Counted from the first letter of the stretch, positions 9,727-19,312 are shown. The stretch is 64,000 nucleotides of DNA from Candidatus Saccharimonadota bacterium (GCA_016290315.1 JAEETK010000001.1:83157-147156); one strand, 5' to 3'. Made by a program: numbers and translations. Notes: generated from the sequence alone by a model not told the origin.

Positions 9727-10530
9727 ATGGAAAGCGTAGGCGTAATATTATTATTGTTTATCTTAGGCGCAACGCTGGGGTCTTTTGGTTGCTGTCAGGC
9801 TTGGCGGATTCATAAGAACGATAAGTCAAAATGGTCACATTGCATGAAATGTAAATACCAGTTGCAATGGTATGATAATATTCCGATAATTAGCTGGGTG
9901 ACGTTAGGGGGCAAATGTCGCAAGTGCCGAAAACCAATTGGCTACTCCGAAATATTATCAGAGGTTGGTCTAGGTTTGGCTTTTGCGGCTACTTTTTGGT
10001 GGTGGCCATCAAAAAACGATTTAGTAATGGGCGATTTTGCCGAAGTACTAAAGTTTGGGTTATTTTTGGTTAACTTGGTACTGCTGCTTATTTCATTTGT
10101 GTATGATGCGAAATGGAAAGAGCTGCCTGTGGGAATATTAATAGCTTCATCGGTGTTGGCGCTGGCCTTTTTGGGGGTAGATATTTTTACGGCGTATGGA
10201 GTGGTTGGTTCTTTCGATTGGCTCAGTTTGGGAGGTGCGATCGTGATTCTGCCGGTATTTTATTATTTGATGTATAAAGTGAGTAAGGAGCGCTGGGTGG
10301 GTGGGGGAGATTGGATACTGTGCGTGCCGTTAGTGTTGATATTGGAAAATTTTTGGTTAGCTCTTTTTGCATTATTTGTTTCGAATATTATAGGAAGCGT
10401 GATATCTTTGCCGATATTGATTAGGGCGAAAAATAGAAAGATGACAATTCCGTTTGGCCCGTTTTTGATTTTAGGTTTTTTGGTTGTGTTCTTTTTGCAG
10501 TCGCAAATATTGCAGCTGATAACGGTATGA
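9727..10530 (+). CDS. pilD: prepilin peptidase / N-methyltransferase (A24 family)
   Basis: 267 aa, polytopic. It has CxxC...CxxC (CMKCKY..CRKCRKPI) and the GGGDWIL aspartyl-protease motif. Confidence 0.88.
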   Translation: MESVGVILLLFILGATLGSFGCCQAWRIHKNDKSKWSHCMKCKYQLQWYDNIPIISWVTLGGKCRKCRKPIGYSEILSEVGLGLAFAATFWWWPSKNDLVMGDFAEVLKFGLFLVNLVLLLISFVYDAKWKELPVGILIASSVLALAFLGVDIFTAYGVVGSFDWLSLGGAIVILPVFYYLMYKVSKERWVGGGDWILCVPLVLILENFWLALFALFVSNIIGSVISLPILIRAKNRKMTIPFGPFLILGFLVVFFLQSQILQLITV

Positions 10531-10536
10531 GAATAA

Positions 10537-11475
10537 ATGTACGTAGCAGATTTGATTAATGAATTCTTGGAATCATTGGAAGTAGAAAATGGTCGTTCGC
10601 GTTATACGACGAGAAACTACGAGTTATATTTGGCGCGAATAGTCGAGTTTAGCCAGGAGTCGAATCCGGAAGACGATTTAAAGCCAATCGATATAACTCC
10701 AGAGTGGTTGAGAAAATATCGATTGTGGCTGAACCGTTATGTCACGGAACGTGGCAAAGGTTTATCGGTAATGACGCAGAACTATCACTTGATTGCATTG
10801 CGCGGTTTTTTGAAATATTTGGCGAAGAGAAATATCAAGTCGTTAGACCCTGTGCTAGTAGAACTCCCACGTACACATCGAGCACAAGTGACGTTTTTGC
10901 ACGTGGACGAGATTGACCGAATCCTTGCGGAGATACCGCTGGATACAGAAGACGGCTTGCGCGATCGGGCAATTTTTGAATTGCTATTTTCGACGGGATT
11001 ACGCGTGTCGGAATTGACGAACCTTAATCGTGACCATGTAAATTTGGAACGTAGGGAATTTATGGTACGTGGAAAAGGGCAGAAAGACCGACCGGTATTT
11101 GTATCGCAGTCGGCGGCGGATGCGGTGCGTGACTACTTGGACGAAAGAAAGGACTCGTTGCCGGCATTGTTCTTGAATAACTCGCGAAATCAACCGATGG
11201 TAGGGACGTCGGGAGACTATAGAAGATTGTCGCCGCGAAGTATCGAGAGAATTATTAATAAATATGTGCGGGCGGCCGGAATAACAAAACACGTAACGCC
11301 GCATACTTTGAGACATTCGTTTGCGACGGATTTATTGATGAATGGAGCGGATTTGCGTTCGGTGCAGTCTTTGTTGGGGCATTCTAATATTTCAACGACG
11401 CAGATATATACGCACGTAACGGATCCGCATTTGCGCGAAATACATGAAAAATTCCACAGCGAAGTAGAAAAGTAG
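10537..11475 (+). CDS. xerC: tyrosine recombinase XerC/XerD family
   Basis: 312 aa. It has the catalytic-region motifs LFSTGLRVSEL and HTLRHSFATDLL..GADLRSVQSLLGHSNISTTQIYTHV. Confidence 0.85.
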   Translation: MYVADLINEFLESLEVENGRSRYTTRNYELYLARIVEFSQESNPEDDLKPIDITPEWLRKYRLWLNRYVTERGKGLSVMTQNYHLIALRGFLKYLAKRNIKSLDPVLVELPRTHRAQVTFLHVDEIDRILAEIPLDTEDGLRDRAIFELLFSTGLRVSELTNLNRDHVNLERREFMVRGKGQKDRPVFVSQSAADAVRDYLDERKDSLPALFLNNSRNQPMVGTSGDYRRLSPRSIERIINKYVRAAGITKHVTPHTLRHSFATDLLMNGADLRSVQSLLGHSNISTTQIYTHVTDPHLREIHEKFHSEVEK

Positions 11476-11617
11476 AGTCTGCATTGACAATATGATGTTT
11501 TTGTGGTAGTGTAATTAGTAATCGAGCGAGCTCGGGATTGTTTTCTCGTGTTCCTCAAGAGAGAAGCTCCTTGATGGGGGCTTCTTTTGGTATATAATGG
11601 TGAAAAGGGAGAAAAGT

Positions 11618-12232
11618 ATGGCAGAGAAAAAAGAAGCCGAAAAGAAAATTGGAAAAGCAACCGCAAAGGTAGCAGCCGAGAAAAACGTGACGGCAGCGAA
11701 CATTGGTTTTACGAAAGAGAATAATCCGAACGGCCTAGTGCAGCGTACGCTAATTGTATTCAAGCCAGATGCAGTACAGCGAGGTATTGTCGGTGAGATT
11801 TTAAGCCGATTTGAGCGTGTTGGTTTGAAGATTGTAGGCGCCAAGATGGTCAATCCTGACAAAGATCATTATTACCAGCATTATGAAGGTATTTCGAAGA
11901 TGATTTCGCGCCGTGGCCAGAAGACTTTTGATATTACTTTGAAGTTCATGACTTCTGGTCCCGTAATTGCAATGGTTCTTGAAGGCGTAGAGGCGGTGCC
12001 GCTTGTACGTAAGATGGTTGGCTCAACTGAGCCGATGGCGGCGGACATGGGTACAATTCGTGGTGATTATGCGCATATTTCCTTCGGTTATGCAGATGCG
12101 CACGATGAGGCTGTACCGAACTTGATTCACGCCTCTGGTAATCCAGAAGAAGCAGAAGCTGAGGTTTCCTACTGGTTTAAGCCAGAAGAAATTCAGATGT
12201 ATCATACTCTGAGCGAAAAGTTTACACGCTAG
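11618..12232 (+). CDS. ndk: nucleoside diphosphate kinase (long form)
   Basis: Motifs RTLIVFKPDAVQRG, GTIRGDY and NLIHAS (catalytic His) are present. It carries a Lys/Ala-rich N-terminal extension and an internal insertion. ATG 11618 follows SD GGGAG; the track ORF begins at 11597. Confidence 0.82.
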   Translation: MAEKKEAEKKIGKATAKVAAEKNVTAANIGFTKENNPNGLVQRTLIVFKPDAVQRGIVGEILSRFERVGLKIVGAKMVNPDKDHYYQHYEGISKMISRRGQKTFDITLKFMTSGPVIAMVLEGVEAVPLVRKMVGSTEPMAADMGTIRGDYAHISFGYADAHDEAVPNLIHASGNPEEAEAEVSYWFKPEEIQMYHTLSEKFTR

Positions 12233-12246
12233 TTATTGCGCACTTT

Positions 12247-12276
12247 AGACACCTCACTTGCTGGGGTGTCTTTTTG
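12247..12276 (+). terminator. intrinsic terminator after ndk
   Basis: Stem AGACACC / GGTGTCT followed by TTTTT. It overlaps the 5' end of the 12236 track ORF. Confidence 0.7.
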
Positions 12277-12304
12277 CTGGAGTGAACATGGTATATTTAT
12301 AAAT

Positions 12305-13054
12305 ATGAGGAATGGCGAATTTGCGAGACAAAGAGATCCATACGAGGTTGAACTGCAAAGGGTTTTTGAGAGAAATGGCATAAGCGATCTTGTGGCTCGT
12401 TATGAGGAAATGGGGTATGGCGGGATGACACCGATACCGCACGAAATAATCAACGAGATGCCGAATGGTCGCATCTTGTTGGGTAATAATTGCGCAGAGT
12501 ATCTAAAAATGATGATAGAAGTTACACAGCAGAGAAGAGTTGAGGTGCCATTCATAATGATTGGTGAAACGGTTTACGACACAAATGAAGTACTCTTTGA
12601 CGATTTTTACACCGTAAAAGAGAGCAGTGCTAGTCGATTGGAAGAGATGTCGTGCGATATACAAACGGTATTAGATGAACACGAAGAATTGGAGCCGAAC
12701 TTTACGGAAAGAATAAAGGCATTGCAAAAAAGAAACGATGGAAGTCGTGTAATTATATGCTTTGGCCATACTCATCCGAATCGTTCTGCTTATTATGGCA
12801 CATACAGTAAAGAAGATTTTAAAAATATAATTCAATATGATGACAGTATAGGGCGGGCTCGGTCTTCTGTGGGCGATGATAGAGCGCAAACGCTGGGTTG
12901 TATGGTGGCGGCGAATGGTGACGTGGATTTTATGTTTTATGATCGTGCGGTTTCCAATTTCTATAAGTTTAGAAGCGTAGCTGGTAGGAAGTCGGATGGT
13001 AGAGTGGAAAGATTCCAAAGCTATTCATTTAGGACTCCGATGTCGGGTAGATAA
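12305..13054 (+). CDS. hypothetical protein with a JAB/MPN-like metalloprotease signature
   Basis: FGHTHPNRSAYYGTYSKEDF gives HxH-x10-S-xx-D, close to the JAMM motif HxHx7Sx2D. I place the start at ATG 12305, downstream of the ndk terminator. Confidence 0.45.
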   Translation: MRNGEFARQRDPYEVELQRVFERNGISDLVARYEEMGYGGMTPIPHEIINEMPNGRILLGNNCAEYLKMMIEVTQQRRVEVPFIMIGETVYDTNEVLFDDFYTVKESSASRLEEMSCDIQTVLDEHEELEPNFTERIKALQKRNDGSRVIICFGHTHPNRSAYYGTYSKEDFKNIIQYDDSIGRARSSVGDDRAQTLGCMVAANGDVDFMFYDRAVSNFYKFRSVAGRKSDGRVERFQSYSFRTPMSGR

Positions 13055-13088
13055 AGACAGCGCGTAAGTGTGCTAAAATATAGACGTT

Positions 13089-13164
13089 GGCCCAGTAGCT
13101 CAATGGATAGAGCAGCTCCGTCCTAAGGAGAAGGTTGTGCGTTCGACTCGCTCCTGGGCTACCA
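13089..13164 (+). tRNA. tRNA-Arg (anticodon CCU)
   Basis: Manual cloverleaf fold. Acceptor GGCCCAG/CTGGGCT has a G1-U72 pair. D-arm is GCTC-AATGGATA-GAGC, the anticodon loop is gTCCTaa and the T-loop is TTCGACT. CCA is encoded. TGcTAAAAT lies at 13071-13079. Confidence 0.85.
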
Positions 13165-13264
13165 AATGATAACGATCGATCACGCGTATGCGGTGATTTT
13201 TTATTTGGGTTTAAGTTGAAGCGTGAGGGGCGATAGATATGGACGCTTATGGTAAAATATAGAT

Positions 13265-13756
13265 ATGGCGACTACTTTTGAGGGGCAACGAGCAAATGAG
13301 GAAGTTGTCTATATATTTCGGCGACATATTTTGACATCGATTAAGGGATTCTTCTTTTTGGTTTTTATGACGATGATTGGTTTTTTGCCAAAAATAATGT
13401 GGCCGAATAATGACAGGATGATATTTGTTTGGATGGGGGCGGTGATAATTGGTTTGTTGGGGATGGGGTATAGCTATCTGCTATGGTACTTTAGTTTTTA
13501 TATAGTGACGAATCAGCGTTTACGCCAGACGCGCCAAAAGGGACTGTTTAAAAAGACAGTTGTAGATCTGAGCTTAGAAAATGTGCAGAGCGCGTCGTTC
13601 GGTGTGCCTGGTATGTTTGGTGCGATGTTTGATTATGGTACAATTCTGATCCAGACAGGTGCGGGCGACTTGGTGCTGAGCATGGTGAGCCATCCCGAAA
13701 CAGTGTATAATGAAATAGAGAATGCGCGCCATGAAGTGCAGCCTCAGCAAGAATAG
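13265..13756 (+). CDS. membrane protein with a bacterial PH (YdbS/YdbT-like) domain
   Basis: 163 aa with two TM helices followed by a PH-like C-terminal region. The start looks leaderless (TGgTAAAAT at 13250-13258). Confidence 0.5.
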   Translation: MATTFEGQRANEEVVYIFRRHILTSIKGFFFLVFMTMIGFLPKIMWPNNDRMIFVWMGAVIIGLLGMGYSYLLWYFSFYIVTNQRLRQTRQKGLFKKTVVDLSLENVQSASFGVPGMFGAMFDYGTILIQTGAGDLVLSMVSHPETVYNEIENARHEVQPQQE

Positions 13757-13758
13757 TT

Positions 13759-14856
13759 ATGAAGAAAATAGTCGAAAAGATTAAATTAAAACGTGCAAAG
13801 AAAAAAGATATAAGCATCACACAACAGAACCTCGAGGAGAGCCGCGAGGAGATTTTGGCAAGGGGGAAGAGCTTTAAGTACCCATTCCAGTATGCGAAAC
13901 ATCGAATCGTGATTTTGACGATTATTATTTCGATAGTAGCTATTGGGACTTTTGTAGGAATTGGTTGGTTTCAGTTGTATAGGGCGCAGAATACCGGTGA
14001 GGTAATGTATCGTTTTACTAAGGTATTAGGATTGCCAGTTGCAGAAATTGACGGACACAAAGTACTATATAGCGACTATCTTATGCTATATCGCAGCAGC
14101 ATAACCTCGATAGAACGACAAAAAGGCACGTTAGATGACAGCGACAAAGAAGTTGTAAATCAGAAGTTGTTTTACAAACGACAGGCTTTAAATGACGCAG
14201 AAATGTATAGCTATGTTTTGGCAGAATTAGAAGCGCGAAAATTGACGGTTTCTACTAGCGAAATTGATGAGGTGATTGACGAACATAAGAGTATTAATGG
14301 CGAAAAGCGTAGCGATGAGGCTTTTGAAGGCATAGTTAGGGATAACTTCGGTTTAACTATGCCAGAATATCGCCGCCTAGTGATGTTGTCTTTGGCGAAG
14401 CGTAAACTGTCTATAGAAATTGATAATGAGGCTAAAGAGACGGCTGAGAAGGTTGAGGCTTTGTTGCAGGCGAACGGTAATGATTTTGCTAAGGTAGCGG
14501 ATGCATTGAAAGATAATGAGATTTTAGGATATGAATCGGCGGGAAATGCCGTTGAGGTATCAAATCTAGATAGTGGTCGCGCAGAAGTGGCGATAAAGCT
14601 AGAAAAGAAAGGTGATGTTTCAGGGCGATTTGTATCTAAGAATGGTGACGGATATTATTATGTGCGGCTAGTATCAAAAGAAAATAATAAGGTCAGTTAC
14701 GAGACGCTTTCGATTCGTTTTTCCAAGATTGATAATGAGGTTAGAAAGTTACGCGAAGACGGCAAAATTAAAGAAAAGATTGAAGTTATGGTCGAGCAAA
14801 GCGACGAAGAGATGTCGTCGCAAAGCCCAGACATAAACGAAAACACCAATAAATGA
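13759..14856 (+). CDS. hypothetical membrane-anchored protein, possibly a SurA-N/PpiD-like chaperone
   Basis: 365 aa with a single TM helix and a weak SurA N-terminal-like pattern. The start is coupled to the upstream gene. Confidence 0.35.
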   Translation: MKKIVEKIKLKRAKKKDISITQQNLEESREEILARGKSFKYPFQYAKHRIVILTIIISIVAIGTFVGIGWFQLYRAQNTGEVMYRFTKVLGLPVAEIDGHKVLYSDYLMLYRSSITSIERQKGTLDDSDKEVVNQKLFYKRQALNDAEMYSYVLAELEARKLTVSTSEIDEVIDEHKSINGEKRSDEAFEGIVRDNFGLTMPEYRRLVMLSLAKRKLSIEIDNEAKETAEKVEALLQANGNDFAKVADALKDNEILGYESAGNAVEVSNLDSGRAEVAIKLEKKGDVSGRFVSKNGDGYYYVRLVSKENNKVSYETLSIRFSKIDNEVRKLREDGKIKEKIEVMVEQSDEEMSSQSPDINENTNK

Positions 14857-14868
14857 TGTTGTGCTAGG

Positions 14869-15618
14869 TTATTGTAATTTCTGGCGGAAGTTATACATAG
14901 CTATGCCGGCTGCGATAGATAAGTTTAGACTGTCAACTAATGGAGTTTGAGAAATAAAGACGGCTTGAGTTTTGTCGGCAAATTCTTGAGGTAGACCAGA
15001 AGCTTCATTTCCGAAAATCAGGGAAAATGAGCCATCGTTTAATGTTACATCTGCGAGATTGACGGCCTCTGGATTGATCATGAAAGAATAGAGAAGACGT
15101 TTTTGTGATGAGTTTATGTTTTCATATTTTGCCAGATAATCGTCAAACGAGGTAAATAGTTCAATATTAATGTGAAATATTGCGCCCATCGAAGCGCGGA
15201 CGACTTTAGGGTCGAAATGATCTGTCGCTGGAGTAATGATGGCTAAGTTATTATAACCGAAGGCGACGGCTGAGCGGATGATTGTGCCAAGGTTGCCAGC
15301 GTCAGAGGGATTAACGAGTACGATATGGGGTGTTTCGGCGGTTGCTTCTAGTTGCATGGCAGGTTTGTCGAATTCAGCGATTATTAAACAGTTATCTTTT
15401 GCGCCGAGGACGTTAAACGCTTTAGTGTTTTCGATGATGGGAATATTGAATGCTATTAATTGAGCAATGATGGAGTCTATGTCATGGCCATGTTTTTGAT
15501 TTGGGCGTAGAAAAACACGTTTAATAAGATTAGGGCTTACTTTGAGTAATTCGTAAGTGAGCGTAGCTCCGAAAGCATAAGAAACAGGGGAGCTGCGCTT
15601 GTAGCGAGGAAGCTTCAT
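14869..15618 (-). CDS. SpoU/TrmH family RNA 2'-O-methyltransferase
   Basis: 249 aa with the three SPOUT motifs: NPSDAGNLGTIIRSA, LIFGNEASGL and LNLSIAAGIAMY. Confidence 0.85.
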   Translation of the reverse strand: MKLPRYKRSSPVSYAFGATLTYELLKVSPNLIKRVFLRPNQKHGHDIDSIIAQLIAFNIPIIENTKAFNVLGAKDNCLIIAEFDKPAMQLEATAETPHIVLVNPSDAGNLGTIIRSAVAFGYNNLAIITPATDHFDPKVVRASMGAIFHINIELFTSFDDYLAKYENINSSQKRLLYSFMINPEAVNLADVTLNDGSFSLIFGNEASGLPQEFADKTQAVFISQTPLVDSLNLSIAAGIAMYNFRQKLQ

Positions 15619-15658
15619 ATATTTCTATTATATCATAAAATATTGATTTTTGCAATAT

Positions 15659-16711
15659 CTAGAAACGTTGTGGGGTTTCGGTTGAGCCTTGAATAGTGCG
15701 AAATGTTCCTGTGACGCGATAGCTGATATTGTCCGTTCGAACAATCACGAATGCCCAACTTGAGACGGTATTGTCCATATTGCAGAAGCCGTTATCTAGC
15801 AAAAAGAGATTATAAGGACTATTTTTTAAAGCGCAGTAGCTTGGGAAGTTTGCTATTTTGGCCGCTTGCATTTGGGTGGCTAATTTTGCCTCGTCAAATA
15901 GTAGGCTGTAGTTAGTATCGCAAATATAGCTGTCTGCATTTGTCATATTATTATTTGAGTAATCGGCATGGCAGTATAAATGATCGATGCGTATTTTTTC
16001 AAAATTGGGTACTTCTGGTTTTTTGACGGTGTTGAGATAGTTACTTAGAGCAACAGTAATATTCGGCATGGCTTTGCTGAATTGGAGTGAGTCGAAGTAG
16101 ACAGCAGTCTTGTTCTTGCTGACGCGGTCGGTGCTTTTTACTAGGTAGTCGCCCGTGATTTGGAAAGATTCATCATTACTGAGCGTGATAGTCGATCCTT
16201 TCACGGTGTAGTCGCCAGCCTCGGTGCTTGGCTGGAGTTTTTTGCGGTCGGCATTAGGTTCGCGATAGTATGAAAATTCATATTTAGAATCGGTAGTAAA
16301 AGTGATGAACTCATCGTGGCTAGGGTTAATGGCGAAAGTGCGGCCGGCGAGAACGTTTTTTAGAATATCCTCTGGGGAGCCGTCAGGGATTTTAATCTGA
16401 GAGAGGGGAGTAGAGGGTTGTGCATCTAGAGCGTGCGTCTCGTTTCCGCCGGTTGGTTTCTTGTTGATGACTTTGTCGACAACGATATAGGCGACCAATC
16501 CAAGTGTGGCCAAGCCAAAAATAACTGCTAATAATAGGCTAAGATGACCTTTTTCTTTTTTAGCCTGCGGAATAGGCGTGGTTTGGTAGTTTGCGGGTGG
16601 TGTGTTCTGCGGTGGAAGGGTGTTTGGTTGAGATGCGGGTTGAACTGGTTGAACTGGTTGGGGTTGCATTGGTGCCATATTTGGCTGAAATTGCATGTTG
16701 TTTGGTTGCAT
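15659..16711 (-). CDS. hypothetical membrane protein with a Pro/Gln-rich N-terminus
   Basis: 350 aa. It has a low-complexity MQPNNMQFQPNMAPMQPQPVQPVQP N-terminus, one TM helix and a large extracytoplasmic domain. Confidence 0.55.
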   Translation of the reverse strand: MQPNNMQFQPNMAPMQPQPVQPVQPASQPNTLPPQNTPPANYQTTPIPQAKKEKGHLSLLLAVIFGLATLGLVAYIVVDKVINKKPTGGNETHALDAQPSTPLSQIKIPDGSPEDILKNVLAGRTFAINPSHDEFITFTTDSKYEFSYYREPNADRKKLQPSTEAGDYTVKGSTITLSNDESFQITGDYLVKSTDRVSKNKTAVYFDSLQFSKAMPNITVALSNYLNTVKKPEVPNFEKIRIDHLYCHADYSNNNMTNADSYICDTNYSLLFDEAKLATQMQAAKIANFPSYCALKNSPYNLFLLDNGFCNMDNTVSSWAFVIVRTDNISYRVTGTFRTIQGSTETPQRF

Positions 16712-16845
16712 AATTAACTATATTTTAACATAAACGAAATGAATTATTATGATTCAGCGCGCTTGTTTCGATTAGCAGTTTATTTTAAAATAAGTGTAGG
16801 TGAATTGCGCGTTTTATTGTCGCAGTGAAGGAGAACAGAATAATA

Positions 16846-18681
16846 ATGCGAAAAAAGATTATCATAAGCGCGGCTGTTATAGGGTTGGCTTTGTTCTTTG
16901 GGGCTTTCCTTGCTCATAATTTGTATGCTGAGGATGCTTGCTCTATCAATAATGTGAACGATCCGTTACTGTGCGGCACGCCTAGGAGCGACGAAGAAGT
17001 TGCGATTATGCAATCCGTAGAGAGCACTTTGAACGTAATATATCTTTGGATTGGTATTATTTCGGTAATCGTGGTCATCATTGGCGGCATTAATTACATG
17101 ACGTCGGTTGGCGATGCGAATAAGATTAGACAGTCTAAAAATATAATTTTCTATGCGATTTGCGGTTTGATTGTGACTTTGGCGGCTTTCGCGATTACTA
17201 ATTTGGTTCTTGATGCAATAGAGGGCGCGACGAGTATTCAAGATAGATCGGACGGTAGTGGCAGTAACATTCCGCTGGGCGAGGGACGCTATAAAGTCCG
17301 TGCGATAGATGCGATTAGTCGTACGAGCTTAATTGTTGGCCAAACAATAACCATTAAAGCAAGAGTGATTCCAGATTATGCCAAGGATCATAGTTTAACG
17401 TATAAGTCGAGCGATGATTCGATTGCGGTAGTGGATCAATCTGGGCTTGTGAAGGCTAGGAGGGAGGGAAAGGTAACGATTACGATTAGCTCAAATGATG
17501 GGCCTTCGAAAGAGGTTGCAGTGACAGTGTTGAAGCCGATTCCGGTGACTTCGATTAAGATAGATAAAAGTTCCGTGACGCTAAAAAAGAATAAAGAAGT
17601 AATAGTTCAAGCAACACCATATCCGACAAACGCGACAGATAAAACTTTGATTTGGGCAAGCGAAAATACAAAAGTTGCTACGGTTGACCAGACGGGGAAA
17701 ATTAAAGGAATTAGCTATGGGAATACTATCGTGACGATAACGGCACGTAACAAGGTGGAAGTTGCCGTAAATGATAGTGGCATTACCTTATCGGCCGCAA
17801 CTCTGGCGGCCAATGAAAACACGGTTGTTGCTAAAGTCAAAGTTTCAGTTGAAAGCGAATACTATGCGTGCCAACCTGCGACTTCCACGAAAAAGTTCTC
17901 TGGTGATTTAAATATTCGATCAATAACAATGAAGTATCTTGAACCTCATGCAAAGGATTTTTATTATTCAAATTTCTCGGGCAGGATTAATGAACTTGGT
18001 GGCTATACTAGCTACGTGAAGAAGCTTGGCGGAATTCATACAATGTATGCTGGAAAAGATAAAAAGATAAAGACGAAGTCGGCTTGCGATTTTCAGGCGG
18101 CGGCAGAATATGCATATGGTTTATGGATGGTATATGGCGTGGATTACGATAACGGAAGCACGTATCATAGGTGGGGTGACGAAACTGCCGACCAGTCGGA
18201 TGCGTATTGGAAAGGGTCGGGTTCACGCTATGCGGGTGCCGGATATGGCTATAAGGATATTGATACAAATCTGTCTGAGAATCCGGCTAAGTTCAGGACG
18301 AACTGTAATTATTCTTGCGACGCAATGACGCAAAAGACGGATTTATACTTCGTGAGTAATCTCTGTACTTCTTGGAGATCAGGGCCGTCGAGGTCGCCGG
18401 TAGGAAAGATAACGAACACCGCTCAATTGCAAGTTGGGGATATGCTTCACTACTTTAGGGATGGCGATTGGAAGCACGTGGCGGTGGTCGGCGAGGTATA
18501 CAGCGACTATATTATTACCTATGATGGTGGCGGTCGCTTTATCAGCTCAAAGCAGTATAAAAAGAAAATAAAACGTGGCGGGTCAATGCTTAATGGCACT
18601 ACGTATAGTAGTTATGATTATTGGTTTGGCGTTCGTCTTTGGAAAATTGATCAAAGTAGAACACTTGAAGGGTTAAGATAA
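16846..18681 (+). CDS. surface protein: T4SS-pilin-like TM hairpin, two Big_2 Ig-like domains and an NlpC/P60- or CHAP-like C-terminal domain
   Basis: The N-terminal hairpin is LNVIYLWIGIISVIVVIIGGINYMTSVGDANKIRQSKNIIFYAICGLIVTLAAFAITNLV. Big_2 repeats are present (VTSIKIDKSSVTLKK...TVDQTGKIKG). The C-terminus has GDMLHYFRDGDWKHVAVVGEV. ATG 16846 is preferred over GTG 16825. Confidence 0.6.
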   Translation: MRKKIIISAAVIGLALFFGAFLAHNLYAEDACSINNVNDPLLCGTPRSDEEVAIMQSVESTLNVIYLWIGIISVIVVIIGGINYMTSVGDANKIRQSKNIIFYAICGLIVTLAAFAITNLVLDAIEGATSIQDRSDGSGSNIPLGEGRYKVRAIDAISRTSLIVGQTITIKARVIPDYAKDHSLTYKSSDDSIAVVDQSGLVKARREGKVTITISSNDGPSKEVAVTVLKPIPVTSIKIDKSSVTLKKNKEVIVQATPYPTNATDKTLIWASENTKVATVDQTGKIKGISYGNTIVTITARNKVEVAVNDSGITLSAATLAANENTVVAKVKVSVESEYYACQPATSTKKFSGDLNIRSITMKYLEPHAKDFYYSNFSGRINELGGYTSYVKKLGGIHTMYAGKDKKIKTKSACDFQAAAEYAYGLWMVYGVDYDNGSTYHRWGDETADQSDAYWKGSGSRYAGAGYGYKDIDTNLSENPAKFRTNCNYSCDAMTQKTDLYFVSNLCTSWRSGPSRSPVGKITNTAQLQVGDMLHYFRDGDWKHVAVVGEVYSDYIITYDGGGRFISSKQYKKKIKRGGSMLNGTTYSSYDYWFGVRLWKIDQSRTLEGLR

Positions 18682-18709
18682 TTGGTCTCTGTAAGATTCT
18701 CTAATAACT

Positions 18710-19312
18710 ATGCCGGAACAGAGTAGTAGAAATAGATTTATGCCAATGAGGCAATATAGGCATGAAGATTTTGTTGATTTGGTGAGCGGTTTGGACGAGA
18801 GTGGCTTGCTGGAGTTGTGCGCAAATTATGGCGGGTACCCAGTGCTATTCAGAATGTCGCTCGATCGGAAGTTAAGTCATATTCCTTTTATTCAAACTGG
18901 AGCGGCCGTCGCGGCTAGAAACGAGAAAGGTGAAATATTATTACAGCAGAGGTCAGATAATGGCTTGTGGGGGTTGCCGGGTGGGTGTCAAAATTTAGGA
19001 GAAAAACTTGAAACTACCGCCGTGAGGGAGCTATACGAGGAAACGGGGATAAAAATATCAGAAGATGATTTGTTTTTGATTAATACACTATCTGGGGAAT
19101 CAAGAAGGAGAGTTTATGCTAATGGCGATATAGTTTACAATAATACGTCACTTTACTTAGCTAGCATCAAGTCTGGGGACGTAGTCCTAAAGAAAGATTT
19201 AGAATCACTGCGATTAGCCTATTTTGATATTGATAACTTGCCAAGTGAAATGAATGATGAAGATTTGGTTGCGGAGTATATAAAGTATGACGCTTCGCTC
19301 AGCCCCTTCTAA
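18710..19312 (+). CDS. NUDIX hydrolase
   Basis: Nudix box GLPGGCQNLGEKLETTAVRELYEETGI. Confidence 0.8.
   Translation: MPEQSSRNRFMPMRQYRHEDFVDLVSGLDESGLLELCANYGGYPVLFRMSLDRKLSHIPFIQTGAAVAARNEKGEILLQQRSDNGLWGLPGGCQNLGEKLETTAVRELYEETGIKISEDDLFLINTLSGESRRRVYANGDIVYNNTSLYLASIKSGDVVLKKDLESLRLAYFDIDNLPSEMNDEDLVAEYIKYDASLSPF

Noticed and set aside
10537-11475. The tyrosine recombinase as the integrase of a mobile element or prophage.
   Set aside because: No flanking direct repeats, tRNA target, excisionase or phage genes are present. It sits between pilD and ndk in a housekeeping context, and its XerC/D-like C-terminal motifs fit a chromosome dimer resolvase.
12236-12304. The TTG start at 12236 for the JAB-like ORF.
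   Set aside because: The first 23 codons coincide with the ndk terminator hairpin and T-tract. ATG 12305 is the first plausible start.
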